From a virus: a DNA stretch of 64,000 nt. The DNA lies in IMG/VR virus record IMGVR_UViG_3300033146_001917, positions 52,241 to 116,240 of that record; one strand, 5' to 3'. The stretch's first letter is position 1. Each line of letters starts with the position of its first letter. A program made the translations under genes and the position numbers. The notes beneath the pieces are model-generated. The model saw nothing but the letters and a program-made list of their open reading frames with translations, had not been told where the DNA came from and made no database searches. Positions 41,739 through 51,621 of the stretch are shown one piece after another.

Positions 41739-43333
41739 TATGGAATTACCTCAACTTGGTCATATGGTTCTTTGAAATAGATAATCTTTTGTTGGTAATC
41801 AATAAGCATAACGTCCGAATGAAAATTTATATGATAATACTCAGTATCAGTTTTAACCCATAACTGCTGATCTGAATCAAAGTCAATTCCAGTTATTAAT
41901 CCAGAAACTGAATCACTGATATCTAAAGATACTTCTGGTGTCTTATAGTTAACAGATACAATCACACGATCAGTATGGATAACATGATCTGTAAATTCTA
42001 CTTCAAGTACCAGGAGGTATTCACCACGTTCATTGGCTGGAAGTATAACTAAATTAGCTATTGTTCTTTCCAATTTCTTACTTGTTACCCAAAGATCATC
42101 TGTGAATGAAACAGATGTGCCATTCAGAAGCCCATACTTAGCTCCTGACGGCTTTTGGTACCATAACCTATATCGAAGTATCTCTTGGGTAGGTTTAGCG
42201 TACCAGGGGATGAATTCTATGTCTTCACCAAGAAGAACATATCTAGGTTCTATATCAATGAGAACATGTGAACCATCTGTACGTTCACGTAAATATTCTA
42301 CACCTTTTATCATTGATTGATCTGTAGAGTAGCAGTGTAATAAACCAGATGTAGTCGCCATCCAGGCTCTATTGGTAAATGGCTGAAGTGCCATATCAAC
42401 TGCAGTGATTGGATTTTCTGAATTATCTAACAGTTCCCAGGACTCAACTATTTCTTTTTCTATATGGCCATGAAGTAATTGTTTCCAATCATCTGTTACG
42501 TAATTGATACGTTCTAGAATTGATCCAGATACTGTATTACTTAGTGACCAATACTCGTCTATTTTAGTTCTTGCAGGAGAATATCTAAAATTTTGTAAGG
42601 AAAGATAGTCCGCCGAATTAAAATTTGCTGATGTCATTACAATATTAACAGACTCTTCAATGTCACTGTAGACAATTTTGTCAACAAATTCCCATTCTTT
42701 AATTGTACGTTGTTTCATGTCCCAGGGGAAAACAAGAGTTTCAGATTCATATAGACCTTGTCGAGTTTTACCGTGTAATACAATGCGACCTCTATCCAAA
42801 CTATCATCATTAATATGGTAATACTGGATACCACTTTGAGCTTCTATCCAAAGATGTCCACCACCTAGATGATGTGACCAAGTTCCAGTGAGTGATAAAC
42901 CAGAGGTTGTTGAAAATGTTAATAGATTATGATCCACCCCAGATACTATAGTTTCCAATGATGTACGATTAGGGCATGTGTCATACCACATGTATTCTAA
43001 ATTATTATCTTCTGCTATAGCAATTGGGTACCATGTACTATCTACTAATCCAGATACTGTTGGAGTTATATAAGTAGTTCTAGATATATCACCAGTACTT
43101 ACAGAAAAATTAAAATCTAGAGAAAGCTTTGCTTTATGTAGTAAATCAATTTCATCTAAATTTGTTGTAGATAAATATTGATTTTTTATCATTTTATCTA
43201 AAAAAGTATCTAGATGATCAAATTTATTAGCAAAAACATTTAATAGCATATATCCATTAGATTGTTCGTGACGTACTCGCGACCAAGTAGGATAAATATT
43301 AATTAGTTCTTGAGTTGATATATTGCGTTTCAT
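41738..43333 (-). CDS. virion/baseplate structural protein
   Basis: 531 aa directly downstream of the J-like gene. Confidence 0.55.
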   Translation of the reverse strand: MKRNISTQELINIYPTWSRVRHEQSNGYMLLNVFANKFDHLDTFLDKMIKNQYLSTTNLDEIDLLHKAKLSLDFNFSVSTGDISRTTYITPTVSGLVDSTWYPIAIAEDNNLEYMWYDTCPNRTSLETIVSGVDHNLLTFSTTSGLSLTGTWSHHLGGGHLWIEAQSGIQYYHINDDSLDRGRIVLHGKTRQGLYESETLVFPWDMKQRTIKEWEFVDKIVYSDIEESVNIVMTSANFNSADYLSLQNFRYSPARTKIDEYWSLSNTVSGSILERINYVTDDWKQLLHGHIEKEIVESWELLDNSENPITAVDMALQPFTNRAWMATTSGLLHCYSTDQSMIKGVEYLRERTDGSHVLIDIEPRYVLLGEDIEFIPWYAKPTQEILRYRLWYQKPSGAKYGLLNGTSVSFTDDLWVTSKKLERTIANLVILPANERGEYLLVLEVEFTDHVIHTDRVIVSVNYKTPEVSLDISDSVSGLITGIDFDSDQQLWVKTDTEYYHINFHSDVMLIDYQQKIIYFKEPYDQVEVIP

Positions 43334-43335
43334 AA

Positions 43336-44544
43336 TTATGTAAAACTAATAGGATTGTTGACAGTAGTTTCTACTAAAACTTTTTCATCTATTTCGGCTG
43401 TGTAATCTCCAACTAAATTACTAGATATTCTATTTGTTTGTGTAGACGAAGGTTTGTATATCATTAGTGTGTCGAGAGGTTTATTAGCCGTACCAATATT
43501 TTTAATTTTTGAAGATGCAGACATTACCTGTTCTACAACTTCATTGACTATAAAATCAGAATTAATATCAAGATTATTTATATAATCTGTCACTTGCCGA
43601 ATAGCCACGATTATAATTCTGTTTTTTTCGTCATCAGAAATTGCTTCATGAAAAGTTAACTTACCAGCTAGTACAATTCCAACTTCAATAGGACCTCGCA
43701 CATACGGTACTATACCCAATGCTGTAACTTTATCGACTTCTTGATATACAGATCCTAGTAGTGAATCTGGAACACTTGGGGTAGTAGATTTTATAAGCAA
43801 ATCATATGTACCGACACCACGAAAAAATGGAATAATCTGCACATCAGCCACTCCAGGAACAACAAGAGCAGCTAATCGAATAGCGGTTATATTGGCACGT
43901 TCAGCTGCAATAGTCTGATTGGCTATTCGAAATCTATAGTTGGTATCTGATTCAGCGGATTGTCCGGTAAAAATTTCAGATAAATTAGTTACCTTTAGGG
44001 TCTTGTTTAGGCTATCTGTATAATTAGTAAATGAATGATAGACCAATTGGCCAGTGCCAAGATTGGCCGAACTTCCTAACTGGACAGCTTCGGTAGAAAC
44101 AAATGTTTCATATTCACCAGCAGCTAGAATAACTGTATTAATTAAACGATATTTAATACCAGACTGATTATCACCTGTAGATATTATCGTACCTTGAGGT
44201 AAATTTATATTTGCACTTGAATTTATATCACCAAATGTACCAGTACTCACATAGAATTTAATAACTTTAGATATGCTAGTAGTAGTGGCTTTGATTTCTC
44301 CTAATCGACTAACTCCTAACATAGCTCCTATGTAATCTAAATAACGACCAGACGCACTTTCTAAAAAAGCTTGGATGATATTATTATCAAATTGTTTCCA
44401 GATACGTCCTAATTTTTTACTAGTCGCTTGTGCTAAAGCACGAGTTTTAGATCCAGGAGATGTGCGAGTAATGTTTGTAGAATTAATGAGATCATACAAA
44501 ATATCTCCAAAAATTTTACTTTCTTGTTCGGCAAAGATAGGCAT
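43336..44544 (-). CDS. baseplate J-like wedge protein
   Basis: ASGRYLDYIG..LGVSR, LPQGT, G...ESD..YR.RI, VPGVADV. Confidence 0.85.
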   Translation of the reverse strand: MPIFAEQESKIFGDILYDLINSTNITRTSPGSKTRALAQATSKKLGRIWKQFDNNIIQAFLESASGRYLDYIGAMLGVSRLGEIKATTTSISKVIKFYVSTGTFGDINSSANINLPQGTIISTGDNQSGIKYRLINTVILAAGEYETFVSTEAVQLGSSANLGTGQLVYHSFTNYTDSLNKTLKVTNLSEIFTGQSAESDTNYRFRIANQTIAAERANITAIRLAALVVPGVADVQIIPFFRGVGTYDLLIKSTTPSVPDSLLGSVYQEVDKVTALGIVPYVRGPIEVGIVLAGKLTFHEAISDDEKNRIIIVAIRQVTDYINNLDINSDFIVNEVVEQVMSASSKIKNIGTANKPLDTLMIYKPSSTQTNRISSNLVGDYTAEIDEKVLVETTVNNPISFT

Positions 44545-44553
44545 AACTAACTC

Positions 44554-45021
44554 CTATAAATCTACACGAGGAAGCGTTTTTTCAATAACCATAACGCTCT
44601 GCTCACGAGTATCAAATACAAGATTAACTGTTATAGGATCACTAGTTGTTAAATGATTATAAGGAGTAATTTGAGTTCTAACTTGTATCATAATCATTAT
44701 TTTATATATTCCTACAGGAAAAACTTTGACATACAAATCACCCGGTCTAACAATACCTGCATCAATAATTTGATGCGATACTCTATCTTGAATCTTCTGT
44801 CCATTTTCACGAGTATTAGCTTCTCCAACAAAATCATCTAGAGTAGCACCTAAAAATGGATCTAATTCCCAGTCGGATAATGAAGACTGACATATGGTCC
44901 TAATTTCATTTTCTAATGATCGTAGATAATTATCACTTGTATCTCCGATATCACCATCACTACCCCGTAGATAATCCCCATCCCAGGTCCAATCTAAATC
45001 AATACTGTCATAGTTTCCCAT
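44554..45021 (-). CDS. baseplate gp25-like / sheath initiator protein
   Basis: GD.......L...I.......W...P..GA.L.DFVG pattern; immediately upstream of J. Confidence 0.65.
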   Translation of the reverse strand: MGNYDSIDLDWTWDGDYLRGSDGDIGDTSDNYLRSLENEIRTICQSSLSDWELDPFLGATLDDFVGEANTRENGQKIQDRVSHQIIDAGIVRPGDLYVKVFPVGIYKIMIMIQVRTQITPYNHLTTSDPITVNLVFDTREQSVMVIEKTLPRVDL

Positions 45022-45030
45022 TATTAGTCT

Positions 45031-45372
45031 CTAACCAAGAGCTGTAAGTAATGTAGCTACTACTTTAATCACTGTGTCACTTATTTTAAATGATGGCTTT
45101 GGTATTAATTGGGATGCTGGAGTAACAATAGTTGTAGGAATCATTTGTGATATACCTGCTCGTTGCGCTAGCAATCCATCTTGCTTAATATTATCAGAAG
45201 TTGTATTAAAAGAAACACTACCGCCGCCAGAAATATAAATTCCATCTTGATCTACCATAATAGAATTTTGCTTATTACCAACTAATCCAATAGTTTCAGG
45301 TGTGACTATAATAGCTGCTTTAGCATCTTTTCTGGCACGCCAAATTTGATAATCTTTTTTTGCGGTGTTCAT
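45031..45372 (-). CDS. hypothetical baseplate/spike-region protein
   Basis: position between hub and gp25-like gene; beta-strand repeats. Confidence 0.45.
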   Translation of the reverse strand: MNTAKKDYQIWRARKDAKAAIIVTPETIGLVGNKQNSIMVDQDGIYISGGGSVSFNTTSDNIKQDGLLAQRAGISQMIPTTIVTPASQLIPKPSFKISDTVIKVVATLLTALG

Positions 45373-45377
45373 TATTT

Positions 45378-45791
45378 TTATCCAAGTATTTTATACGGGT
45401 TAGTGTCTACATCATTGTCACGTGCTTCTTTTTGTATCTCTATAAAATGTGTACTAAGTATCTCTACGTACAATACATGTCTAGCACGATTAACTCCGGT
45501 CCAAAATATTCTACAAAACATTCCCTTTTGTAATTGTCCCCATCTTCGTTGTATTTCAAGTTCGTCTTGCAATACTGGAAGATAAGCACCATTAGCTATT
45601 AGGTTTTCTTCGTTCACAATATCTTGAACACGCACTTGACGTATATCTTCTTTAATATCGACAATATAACCATGTGCAATATTTATTGTATTTTGAGATG
45701 GCTGTACAGCTAAACGATGCGTATCAGAAATAATTTGTTCAGCATGGCTACGTGTTCCGGCTGATTGTCCTTTTAAAAATTGTCCTGTCAT
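45378..45791 (-). CDS. hypothetical baseplate protein (possible spike OB-fold)
   Basis: position after the hub; G.IVDI.....VRV pattern. Confidence 0.45.
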   Translation of the reverse strand: MTGQFLKGQSAGTRSHAEQIISDTHRLAVQPSQNTINIAHGYIVDIKEDIRQVRVQDIVNEENLIANGAYLPVLQDELEIQRRWGQLQKGMFCRIFWTGVNRARHVLYVEILSTHFIEIQKEARDNDVDTNPYKILG

Positions 45792-45796
45792 TTGTG

Positions 45797-48700
45797 TTAC
45801 CTATTCTTTAATAAATCATTACCATCTAATTGTAAAAAATTACCAGTAGGATTGAACCAATTATTGGGATGAATCATATTACTCAAATGATCAGCATACA
45901 ATTCGTAATCTTCATCAAGATTATGGAACCAAGTTCCAACACCCTGGATAAAGCTACCTTTGTTATGTTTGATAGGAAGTCCACCTAGCATAGCTTCGGT
46001 GTGCATAACCAAAGGACTATATCTAAATGCTTGGCCTAATTGAGTAACAGTCATTACTTTTTTAAAAATAAATTCTGCTGTAGGATGATCTAAGCCTGTA
46101 TAAAGACTTAGGGCAATACCATAAGCACTATAATCATCAAATCCCTTTGCTAAGGTATTCATTATTGATGTTGCAGTTGCTGTACGCTCATCTGATTTAT
46201 CAGAACTAGTTAATAAATTTATTGGATGAAGAAGATTTTTTACAGCAACACTACTGACCAACCCCATTGCGTCTTCTGTTGACATAGTAACTGTTTCATT
46301 AGTATGAATAACCATGTCAGGAGTAATAGATGTTATGAATCCATCTTGTTGATTAAATTTGTGTACAACTTGTTCTACTTCGATTTGTCCATACATTTCA
46401 TTATATTCATCATAGATATAACATATATCATATGGTTTGATCGAAGGATTACCCATGACAATGATTTCACCACGATATCCTTCTTTTAAGCTACTCTTTA
46501 ATAATGCAGCACTGTAATGTCGTGCCATATTTGCACCAATACAATTAGGGTATTGAGCAAACATTTCTTTTTTCTCATTATCTGGAATACCTGTTTCACA
46601 AGACAAAGTAAGTGTTTCTACATCATCAAATTCTAAAGTACCAGTTTTTGTATTAGTATCTGCACTATTATCTTCGTATTGCAGCGTGATAGTATTGAAT
46701 GTATTCCGATTAGAAGACACAATAGAATTATTAATTATATGATGACTACTAGTAAGAATGTGATATGACCTAAATGGTCGTATAATGCCAGACGTAAGAG
46801 CAGCTTTCTTTATGAAACGATCTACCCAAACGTCTTTAACAAAATGCTCTACATCTGGATTCTGATTATCAAATTCATTTTTAATACTATTTATTATAGT
46901 AGAGCTTATATTTACTTCCTTAAGGTTATTTAAAAGTTCTTGCGTGGTTGTATTACGTGATTCTTGCCATTTATCTAAAGCAGTTTGTAATTTCATAAAC
47001 TGTGTTTGTTCATCAATACTACCATCTCTAGCTCGGTACAGCTGATCTGGTAACCCGAAATACATTGTCATTCTAGGACCAAAATCTCCTTCATATGGTA
47101 CAGTAGACATTATGTATCCAGGGTGACGTAATGTCATTTCTTGAGCAACATCCCATATAGTAGTATTGTACATAACATAATCAGGATTATCATCTGGGAA
47201 CCATAGACCTGGATATGGAATCAAGTGTGTCCAATCCCAAAAATTAATAGACGAATAAGGTGCGAAAATATTATCGTCTTGAGGTTGTTTATTAATAGTC
47301 CATCTATCTTGTATTATACTTCGAATGATATCAGATCTTTCTACTTTTTTTGCTTTTGTATCTTTAGGCTCGAAATGTCCAAAATGTACTACTTCGGATG
47401 ATGATAATAAATCTTCAAGTATATTCCCAGTCCATCCGTCACCACGACCTATAATATGACCTCCATAGCTTCTTGGATCGTGCATTACATTTTGAACTAA
47501 TTCTATAGCGAAACTTTGACATGTAATTTGAATCACATCATTAGTACCAGAAAATTGCACATCTGTGATGACACCATTAAATGGTACATCTAGATTATCG
47601 GGATTATTGTCATATCCTAAGCGTAACTGAATCTGAGTTCCAGGTTGTAACATTAGTGATGTTATCTTATTTTCGTTAACAGTATTTGTTCCAGTATTGT
47701 CATACCCATTTTCAAGTTGTTTCTCAATTTTTTCGAATTTTCTATTACTTAATATACCGGATACATTGGTTAATTGAATAACACATAAATCAGCAGGAAT
47801 TTTCCTGCTTCGAATCATCTGCACATTGGTCACATGTGAATACGAAAAGAAATCATCAAATCCAAATACGCTTCGTTCTCCTAGATCGGATTCAATAAAA
47901 TATAATTTATAAGTAGGATAGGCTCGAAGTATAGAGTTGCCCTGAGTAATCAATTCATTTTCTAATTGATTTACACTTTGTTGAATTAATGAGGGGTTAC
48001 TATAATCTTGTTTCGTATTGGAAGTAATAGAATTTTGTTGTGGGTAACATGTACGTAATACATCTTTAGGATTAATTGCTTTATTATTACGTAGTACTTC
48101 AAAGTGCAAATGAGCCCCTTGGCTACGTCCAGTATTTCCGACACTACCAATTTGTTGCTGAAGATTAATTTGTAAATAAGAATCCCTGTCTGTGGTTATT
48201 TGTTTCCAACCAGGTTTTTTCCAAAACACAGTAGATATATTATTAATAATTTCATCCCATTGCATGTGCAGGTACCGAGTAGAATACTCACGATCATATT
48301 TTATTACGATATGTACACCGGTTCCGCCATTTTTAGAATTTTTAGTTCGATTAGTTGCACTATAAGATACTGTTACTACAGTGCCTGTAGTTGCTGACAA
48401 AATGGGTTGTCCTTCTGTCTCTTTGGTATCGTATGCAAAAGCAATGTCAATACCTTTGTGAGGACGAGACGCTACTGATTTGGGTGGTTTATCTGGGTGG
48501 TCAGCATTCCATTTAGCATTTACTGGATCAGATCTATTTAGTGAAAATTCACTAGTCACTACTCTTCCATGACTATCAAGAGGCCAACAGCATATAAATG
48601 AATTAAATCCTTGCCCTTGTTCTTCAAGGTCTCCACTTGTTTGTAATGCGGTAAATGGATCAAAATAATGAGTTGGTATATAGCCAAGTGTTTCTGGGGG

Positions 48701-51619
48701 CTCTAATGAGTACGACTTCCAGTAAGTTTGTGACTGGTTATATATATCAGTGGTTGGAGTATTGTGTTTAATCTCAATTGGATTATTTGTTTCAGCACTA
48801 GCTATAATAGATGATGTTATTGAACCGCCATCTATTGCTTCTGGGTATAGAAAATAAGATCCATCTATTTTGTCATTAATTGTTTTGTATGCTTTTTTAA
48901 GGCCTTCGTTGTCACCATCCATTATTTTTTGACGTTTAGCTACTATCTTACGTACTTTCTTTTCAGAACCTAATCCAGTAAATCGAGCTTCTTGTACACG
49001 TTTTGCTTTATCAGCTCCTAATACATGTTTAATATATATATTTTGTAACCAATCTTTTTCCGCTGCATGACGTTGCTCTGTAGTGGATTTAAGTATAGCT
49101 TGTGTAGACATTTTAAGAGAATGTGGAGAAATCAAGCTCTCTTGAGATCCAGTAGTTGTAGGATATAGATAAAAATCTGGATTAAGAGCACTCGCCGGAG
49201 AAATATTACGAATGCCTAAATTCTCGGCATCTGCAAGATCATTTAAAGCGTTAGCTACATCAGTGTAACGTGTATCAGACTGTAAAATATTGTATAACTC
49301 GTTTAAAGGAAAATCAGGATAGGCATTAGATGTTGATTTCAAACCTTGTTTTCTGATCAAGTTACGAACAGGATCAAATATATCTAAAGCTAACAACGGT
49401 GATGCAGACAAATTATCTAAAAAATCATTTATAAATTTGTTCCAATCACTTAACTGACTACGTATTAAATCATATCTAATATAATTATAATCTTGTCCTA
49501 TATTTGATAAATATTCACGATACTGATTGTCTTGTACAGAAGTAGTTGAGTTACTAATAGCATCATACGTTAAAATTGTATCTGCTATGTCACTCAATAC
49601 ACTAAACTGATCTTTTCCTACACTGTATGTACGGTATTCCCCCTCTTCCAAATAATATGATGTATCTGGTTCAGTATTGTATTCTGTATTTGTTAATATG
49701 TGTTGTACGTATCCATTTTGGGATATAATTTTCCACACATCTTCTTGTATACGTGTAATACCAGTTACATCATTTTCGGTAAGAGTTAAAAAAGCTATTA
49801 ATTTACGTTCAAATACTGAAAAATGCATTCCTTTTTCGGTACCTGAATTACGTACAATAGCAGCTTTACCATATCCTGATTGCAAATCTTTAATTAAATT
49901 GCCTACTATTTTACGTAAATTGGTAGATAATTCATCTACTAATTTACCTAATGCTTCGTTACGATCATCGTATTTATTACACTTATAGTATGATCTAAGC
50001 CAATATGATTCTGGTAAATTTCGACTTGTATTGTAATCATCTTTGTTATTATGCTGTACTGTCGCTATAAGGTTAAAACCACTTGATACATTAACTAATG
50101 GATTAAATTTCAGTTCATTAGATAAAATATTAAATAATTCTTGTCTAATATCTGTATTGGTAGTAAAAGATACTCCAGATTCAAGTGATTCTTTCGTTGA
50201 TCTAGTAATAGGATTATCTATTAGGGTTAATTTAATAGATGTGGTACCAGGCTGACCCTTAACCGTATTAATAGACATATTTTCAAATATAAATTCATTC
50301 AAACCACAAGCATTGACTAATGTATTAGTTATTCTAAGATTCTTTTGTCCAGATGGTATCCATCTGTAATTATGAGCTTGCGAATCTTGTAGAGCATATA
50401 ACTTAGTAAGTTCTTTAACCGCTGTATCTTCCGTTGTCATTAAGGATAATGTAAATACAGCATCTACACTTCCAATATGTTGATAGGTAGGATATTGATG
50501 ACCAATAAGAGGAACCCGCGCCAAAATATTATTAAAAGCAAGAGACAACCCGATTGGGATCAATCCAATTTGTTCGAAATTAAGGACGATGTCTTTTTTC
50601 TTGAGTACTTGATCTTTACCTGTACTTGGTTGTGCATCTATATCTATTTTTTTTGAATCAATTGTTGATTTTTTAATCTGAAATACAGTAGCTTTATCGT
50701 CCGATGTAAGTACTACAGGAGTCCATCCACCATTCTCGCTAACTGCATCTTTCATATTTGCAACTCTACATTCTCGATCTAGAATCATATCCTCAAGTAC
50801 ACTACGTATTTGAGAATCGTCTAAACGAGATCCCATGCTGGTTGTATCACCTAAATTTGCTAATTGTATATTTATGCCGCTATCGTTTAATTTATTTTGA
50901 ATAGCTTCACGTAAGTCAGAATCAATATTAGTAAACTCGGATGGACTAGAATAATCAAGTGGTATTGATGGATCCATATTATTTACTATGGCTTTTAATT
51001 TATAGGCTTGATCATTAAGTTTTGTATATTCAGCTTTGTCCACAAATACAAACTGAGTAGTAGCTAGTTTAATTGCATTGTCCAAAGATACAGTACGTCG
51101 ATATAAAGGACGTCCTTCGTATTTACGAGCTTGTTCGCTGGTATAGAGTAATTTCCAGGCACGTGAATCGACTGGATTTGGAACTGACTTATTCGAAAAT
51201 ATATCTTCACGAAATCTAAAGTTAGGAGAATAAGGAAGATAATTAAACCATACAAATGTTAAAGCTACTTGTAACCTATTTGTATTTCCACTAACAGTCA
51301 TTATCTCCATTTGCTGTAGTGCGAGCACCATTGAACTTGTAGCGTCATTTAATATACTTTTTCTAATAAATTCATTTTCTACCCATACAAATGGAGTCAC
51401 GCGAATCTGACTAACAAAATCTGTTAATTTAGGGAGATCATTTTCTACAAGATTTAATATCATAGAAATTTGAATTTCGGCAAATCCAGAACGTAATTTC
51501 TGCGATGATCTAGTTCGTAATGTTTGCCAAAAATTATTATATGATTTTCTTTGAATACTGATTTGGTCTGGTGGAACAATAAATTCTATATCGTTTAATT
51601 GGCAGCGTCCTAATTTCAT
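45797..51619 (-). CDS. baseplate hub / central tail protein with M23 peptidase domain
   Basis: HKGID...TRYLH...IGSVGNTGRSQGAHLHFEV (about 48070-48590); LRLGY...FNGVIT hub motif; GNPSIKPYD C-terminus. Confidence 0.8.
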   Translation of the reverse strand: MKLGRCQLNDIEFIVPPDQISIQRKSYNNFWQTLRTRSSQKLRSGFAEIQISMILNLVENDLPKLTDFVSQIRVTPFVWVENEFIRKSILNDATSSMVLALQQMEIMTVSGNTNRLQVALTFVWFNYLPYSPNFRFREDIFSNKSVPNPVDSRAWKLLYTSEQARKYEGRPLYRRTVSLDNAIKLATTQFVFVDKAEYTKLNDQAYKLKAIVNNMDPSIPLDYSSPSEFTNIDSDLREAIQNKLNDSGINIQLANLGDTTSMGSRLDDSQIRSVLEDMILDRECRVANMKDAVSENGGWTPVVLTSDDKATVFQIKKSTIDSKKIDIDAQPSTGKDQVLKKKDIVLNFEQIGLIPIGLSLAFNNILARVPLIGHQYPTYQHIGSVDAVFTLSLMTTEDTAVKELTKLYALQDSQAHNYRWIPSGQKNLRITNTLVNACGLNEFIFENMSINTVKGQPGTTSIKLTLIDNPITRSTKESLESGVSFTTNTDIRQELFNILSNELKFNPLVNVSSGFNLIATVQHNNKDDYNTSRNLPESYWLRSYYKCNKYDDRNEALGKLVDELSTNLRKIVGNLIKDLQSGYGKAAIVRNSGTEKGMHFSVFERKLIAFLTLTENDVTGITRIQEDVWKIISQNGYVQHILTNTEYNTEPDTSYYLEEGEYRTYSVGKDQFSVLSDIADTILTYDAISNSTTSVQDNQYREYLSNIGQDYNYIRYDLIRSQLSDWNKFINDFLDNLSASPLLALDIFDPVRNLIRKQGLKSTSNAYPDFPLNELYNILQSDTRYTDVANALNDLADAENLGIRNISPASALNPDFYLYPTTTGSQESLISPHSLKMSTQAILKSTTEQRHAAEKDWLQNIYIKHVLGADKAKRVQEARFTGLGSEKKVRKIVAKRQKIMDGDNEGLKKAYKTINDKIDGSYFLYPEAIDGGSITSSIIASAETNNPIEIKHNTPTTDIYNQSQTYWKSYSLEPPETLGYIPTHYFDPFTALQTSGDLEEQGQGFNSFICCWPLDSHGRVVTSEFSLNRSDPVNAKWNADHPDKPPKSVASRPHKGIDIAFAYDTKETEGQPILSATTGTVVTVSYSATNRTKNSKNGGTGVHIVIKYDREYSTRYLHMQWDEIINNISTVFWKKPGWKQITTDRDSYLQINLQQQIGSVGNTGRSQGAHLHFEVLRNNKAINPKDVLRTCYPQQNSITSNTKQDYSNPSLIQQSVNQLENELITQGNSILRAYPTYKLYFIESDLGERSVFGFDDFFSYSHVTNVQMIRSRKIPADLCVIQLTNVSGILSNRKFEKIEKQLENGYDNTGTNTVNENKITSLMLQPGTQIQLRLGYDNNPDNLDVPFNGVITDVQFSGTNDVIQITCQSFAIELVQNVMHDPRSYGGHIIGRGDGWTGNILEDLLSSSEVVHFGHFEPKDTKAKKVERSDIIRSIIQDRWTINKQPQDDNIFAPYSSINFWDWTHLIPYPGLWFPDDNPDYVMYNTTIWDVAQEMTLRHPGYIMSTVPYEGDFGPRMTMYFGLPDQLYRARDGSIDEQTQFMKLQTALDKWQESRNTTTQELLNNLKEVNISSTIINSIKNEFDNQNPDVEHFVKDVWVDRFIKKAALTSGIIRPFRSYHILTSSHHIINNSIVSSNRNTFNTITLQYEDNSADTNTKTGTLEFDDVETLTLSCETGIPDNEKKEMFAQYPNCIGANMARHYSAALLKSSLKEGYRGEIIVMGNPSIKPYDICYIYDEYNEMYGQIEVEQVVHKFNQQDGFITSITPDMVIHTNETVTMSTEDAMGLVSSVAVKNLLHPINLLTSSDKSDERTATATSIMNTLAKGFDDYSAYGIALSLYTGLDHPTAEFIFKKVMTVTQLGQAFRYSPLVMHTEAMLGGLPIKHNKGSFIQGVGTWFHNLDEDYELYADHLSNMIHPNNWFNPTGNFLQLDGNDLLKNR

Positions 51620-51621
51620 GA

